From an uncultured Myxococcales bacterium (GTDB lineage Bacteria > Myxococcota_A > Polyangia > JAAYKL01): 64,000 nt of DNA. Every line of letters begins with the position of its first letter. The stretch's first letter is position 1. A program made the position numbers and the translations under genes. Location: the NCBI GenBank assembly GCA_964458775.1, contig CAYWLQ010000003.1:17923-81922 (forward strand), read 5' to 3'. This document shows positions 61,385-64,000 of the stretch, one piece after another. The notes beneath the pieces were generated by a model. That model saw only the letters and a program-made list of their open reading frames with translations, was not told the DNA's origin and ran no database searches.

Positions 61385-62782
61385 TTAATCCTGTCTAAGA
61401 CCGTCTACGGGATTAAGTTTTGATGCACTCAAAGACGGAAGAATAGTTGCTGCTTGGCAAATAATAAAGGCAATGACGCCAGTAAGCACAAAATCCATTA
61501 TTTCTAATCTTACCGGTAAATGGTCTATAAGGTACACCTTGGGATCCAGAGGCCATCCGACTTCTTGGAGCAGAAAACAAACACCGAAACCGACAAACAA
61601 ACCTATGCCGATACCTATTAAACCTACAAAAAGACCGACATGTAAAAAAATCTGCGCTATTCCGCTTCTTGTTGCTCCCATGGATTTTAAAATTGCTATT
61701 TCTTTGCGTTTGTCAAAAACCATCATTACCAAAGTTGCAATTATATTAAATGCGGCCACTCCGACAATAACAGCAAGAACCATTATCAGTGCGGTTTTTT
61801 GGATCATAAGGGCAGTAAAAAGATGTTCATTTAACATCATCCAGTCAACTATATGGTAAGGAGCTTCTCCCAATAATGCCTTGAGTTTTCTTCCTGTGTC
61901 CTTGGCTTGGTAACGATTATTAAGGGTCAGCTCAATTCCGGTAACAGCATCGCCGTGGTTGAAGAATCTTTGTGCCTGGTAATAATCTACATAGGCGAGT
62001 TTTGTATCATATTCCAAAAATCCGGCATAAAACAAACCCGTTATCTTAAAAACTATTGTTCTGGGCGTATCCTCAGAGGGTGCCCAACCAAAAACATCAA
62101 GCCCGATGAGCGGAGTGGTAATCCTTACCTCGTCTCCCACCTTTGCACCTAATTGCTCAGCAAGAGTTCTTCCTATTACAATACCCGGCATACTGTTTTC
62201 GGAAATCGGCAGGTCAGATGCCCCTTCTTTGTCGTTGTCATTCTTTGAGTTAGCATCTTGTTTAACAACAGTTTCAGTGTCTGAGTTGAGAATGGAAGCG
62301 TCAGAATGAGCGGTCAGTGAAGTCTCAGGTCTTGGAGGAGGTGCCGGTGCCGCTCCGGGAATTCTCAACCCTTCTATTCCGCCCTCAACAAGATGTTTGG
62401 GTAGGTCCAAAACATTGCCGACAAGATTTGGATCCACTCCTTTTAAAAGAACCCCGGCGGATTTGTCCCCCTTTGCAATCATCATTTCCTGAATAACAAA
62501 GGGGGCAACCCCTTTAATTTCGGATATTTCTTTTGCTTTGGCCATTACCTCGCGATATTCGGTAAAATCCAGTCCGTATTTCATCACGAGCAAATGGGAA
62601 TTAACTCCAAGCACCTTGTCGGTGAACTCTTCTTCAAAGCCGGATGATATAGAAATAACCACCGACAAAGAAGCCACACCCAATGCCACACCGGCTATCG
62701 CTATCAAACCTATTGCAGAAATAGAGCTCTTTTTTCTAGAGCGCAGATATCTTGAACCTATAAAAGACGGGTAACCGTTCAT
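61385..62782 (-). CDS. LolC/LolE-family lipoprotein-releasing ABC permease (FtsX/MacB-type)
   Basis: The N-terminus is FIGSRYLRSRKKSSISAIGLIAIAGVALGVASL and the FtsX-type C-terminal TM bundle ends ASKLNPVDGLR. The periplasmic domain carries a P/S/D/N-rich insert of about 60 aa. No lolD is adjacent. Confidence 0.85.
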   Translation of the reverse strand: MNGYPSFIGSRYLRSRKKSSISAIGLIAIAGVALGVASLSVVISISSGFEEEFTDKVLGVNSHLLVMKYGLDFTEYREVMAKAKEISEIKGVAPFVIQEMMIAKGDKSAGVLLKGVDPNLVGNVLDLPKHLVEGGIEGLRIPGAAPAPPPRPETSLTAHSDASILNSDTETVVKQDANSKNDNDKEGASDLPISENSMPGIVIGRTLAEQLGAKVGDEVRITTPLIGLDVFGWAPSEDTPRTIVFKITGLFYAGFLEYDTKLAYVDYYQAQRFFNHGDAVTGIELTLNNRYQAKDTGRKLKALLGEAPYHIVDWMMLNEHLFTALMIQKTALIMVLAVIVGVAAFNIIATLVMMVFDKRKEIAILKSMGATRSGIAQIFLHVGLFVGLIGIGIGLFVGFGVCFLLQEVGWPLDPKVYLIDHLPVRLEIMDFVLTGVIAFIICQAATILPSLSASKLNPVDGLRQD

Positions 62783-62868
62783 GCCCCCCTATACCTTGCC
62801 CTCACCCTGTTATGCAAGACCTTCGAAGGCAAAAGAGCACTTCTTTGCGTAAATGATTTTAGAAAACC

Positions 62869-62896
62869 AGGGACAGTCCAGGAGGGACAGTCCAGG
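62869..62896. repeat. Exact tandem duplication of a 14-bp unit containing the palindrome GGACAGTCC
   Basis: AGGGACAGTCCAGG occurs at 62869-62882 and again at 62883-62896, about 90 nt upstream of the lolC/E start on the minus strand. Confidence 0.7.
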
Positions 62897-63017
62897 TTTA
62901 AATAAAGATAGTTACAGTGTGTTATGTAGTTACGGGTCCTTGTGCCTGACTTTCTTTTGAGCAAACTCGGTTAGTTCTCGCGAATTATTACTTAAGATTG
63001 TGTCCTGTTTTTTGCAA

Positions 63018-64000
63018 TCAAGACGGCGGCATTATTGAGGGAAGACGGCCGAAAACTTCTTGATAGCGCTCGGCATAGCTGTCTTTTCCGCAGAGCAGAA
63101 GTGTTCCCAGCGGCATTGCATCTTCGGCTAATTGACGCATTTTAAAGGCTATATTTCTAATATCCCATTGCGCGTGGGTATCTTCTCTTAATCTTACTAT
63201 GTGATACAGCTCTCTTAAATTGGTGGAAATCAGCATGCGCCGTCGGTGAGCATTGGTTAGTACATAGTCGGCGCAGGGAGATTTGCTGCCTCCCAATTTG
63301 TTGTAGAGGCTTTCAGCTTTTGACGAAAAAGCAAGCAGTTCATCGGCTATTCCGGCTTGCTCCAAAGAAGGCGGAATCATCAAACCCAGTTTTGGATTAT
63401 ACGCCTGCGTCGATTGTGTTGACATTCGATGACGTTTCAATTGTGCATAGGCTGAGGCGGAAATGACCAATTCATAATTGAGATTAACGTGTTCAAATTC
63501 TCTCAATGTGGAATCAAAGAACTCCATATGGCGCAGAGCGGTTTGAAAGAGTTCTTTTAGGCCTTCAAAAGAGAGTGCTGCAGCTGCCGAAAAACAGCTT
63601 TTAAAATCGGCATTAGAATGTGCGTGCAAAAGAGCTGCTGCTATTATTCGGTCAGGATTTTCGGTATGGCCTGTAAGTCTGACTTCAATCGGAGACTCTT
63701 CGGTTTCGTTTTTGGATAAAACAGAATCTGCAAACAAAGAAAGGTCGTTGGCGGCATTGGAATCATAAACCGACGGTTCTGTAAAAATCAGCAATGACGG
63801 TGCAGCGCCCGCCGCACATTTATAGAGTGACTTACCGAGTTCTCTAACTTCCGCTAAAGGAGAAGAGGCGAATCTCCTGACCATAAGCTCAAGATTTCTT
63901 GCATTTACAGTAAGCCCTAATTGCCCTGTGGTGGACAGCAAGGTTACATACCTGGCATCTTCTTTGGCGCTTCCGTCCAACAGGGTTCTTCCTTTTTTGG
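63018..64000 (-). CDS. ThyX-like (FAD-dependent thymidylate synthase fold) protein, N-terminus beyond the window
   Basis: The frame stays open to nt 64000, so the gene is partial. ThyX-like stretches are QLKRHRMSTQSTQAY and NLRELYHIVRLREDTHAQWDIRNIAFKM. For comparison, I recall T. maritima ThyX as RHRIASYNELSGRY and NFLNLRADSHAQWEIQQYA. Confidence 0.55.
   Translation of the reverse strand, partial: KKGRTLLDGSAKEDARYVTLLSTTGQLGLTVNARNLELMVRRFASSPLAEVRELGKSLYKCAAGAAPSLLIFTEPSVYDSNAANDLSLFADSVLSKNETEESPIEVRLTGHTENPDRIIAAALLHAHSNADFKSCFSAAAALSFEGLKELFQTALRHMEFFDSTLREFEHVNLNYELVISASAYAQLKRHRMSTQSTQAYNPKLGLMIPPSLEQAGIADELLAFSSKAESLYNKLGGSKSPCADYVLTNAHRRRMLISTNLRELYHIVRLREDTHAQWDIRNIAFKMRQLAEDAMPLGTLLLCGKDSYAERYQEVFGRLPSIMPPS

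Noticed and set aside
1-64000. A scan for tRNA, rRNA, CRISPR arrays, transposases, integrases and IS-type terminal inverted repeats
   Set aside because: No tRNA-like T-arm or acceptor pattern appears in any spacer. There is no regularly spaced repeat array and no ORF with transposase or integrase motifs. Absence was judged by eye only; tRNAscan-SE, Infernal, ISEScan or minced would be decisive.

Overview
This is a 64-kb chromosomal window from an AT-leaning Gram-negative bacterium. All calls come from reading the sequence and the ORF track; no searches or computations were run. I count about 47 tightly packed protein genes and found no rRNA, tRNA, CRISPR array, transposase or integrase. The gene content suggests a Myxococcota/Bdellovibrionota-type ('delta-proteobacterial') lineage, which is an inference. 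The supporting genes are an MglA-type Ras-like GTPase, an ihfA-merR pair, FG-GAP/thrombospondin-repeat exoproteins, AMIN-like proteins, and MCE and Lol systems. Most of the window is housekeeping: ABC-F, rarA, ygiQ, an MlaFED-like operon, leuCD, truA, alr, uvrA, trkAH, pgi, ihfA and lolC/E. The stand-out is a visibly GC-richer insert of about 4.2 kb (about 33.6-37.8 kb) between a voltage-gated channel gene and alr. It carries a translationally coupled two-gene cassette. The first gene is a 907-aa PHP phosphoesterase fused to a coiled-coil ABC/SMC-like ATPase, which looks PplA-like. The second is a 414-aa Schlafen/AlbA_2 + HATPase_c_4 protein. A start-less ORF remnant lies next to them. I read the cassette as a candidate undescribed defence or anti-mobile-element system. 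Secondary items are listed below.
- A BacNav-type channel with a Cav-like TVEGW selectivity filter.
- A eukaryotic (yeast Aro7-like) chorismate mutase.
- A receiver protein, an MglA-like GTPase with a long C-terminal extension, and a 1011-aa membrane-anchored protein in a row.
- A papain-like peptidase fused to TSP3 repeats and a 7-bladed FG-GAP propeller.
- A zinc-ribbon coiled-coil protein with a histone-H1-like lysine-rich tail.
- A STAS-MlaE fusion.
- A frameshifted toxin-antitoxin-like remnant.
- Several exact short tandem or inverted repeats in intergenic spacers.
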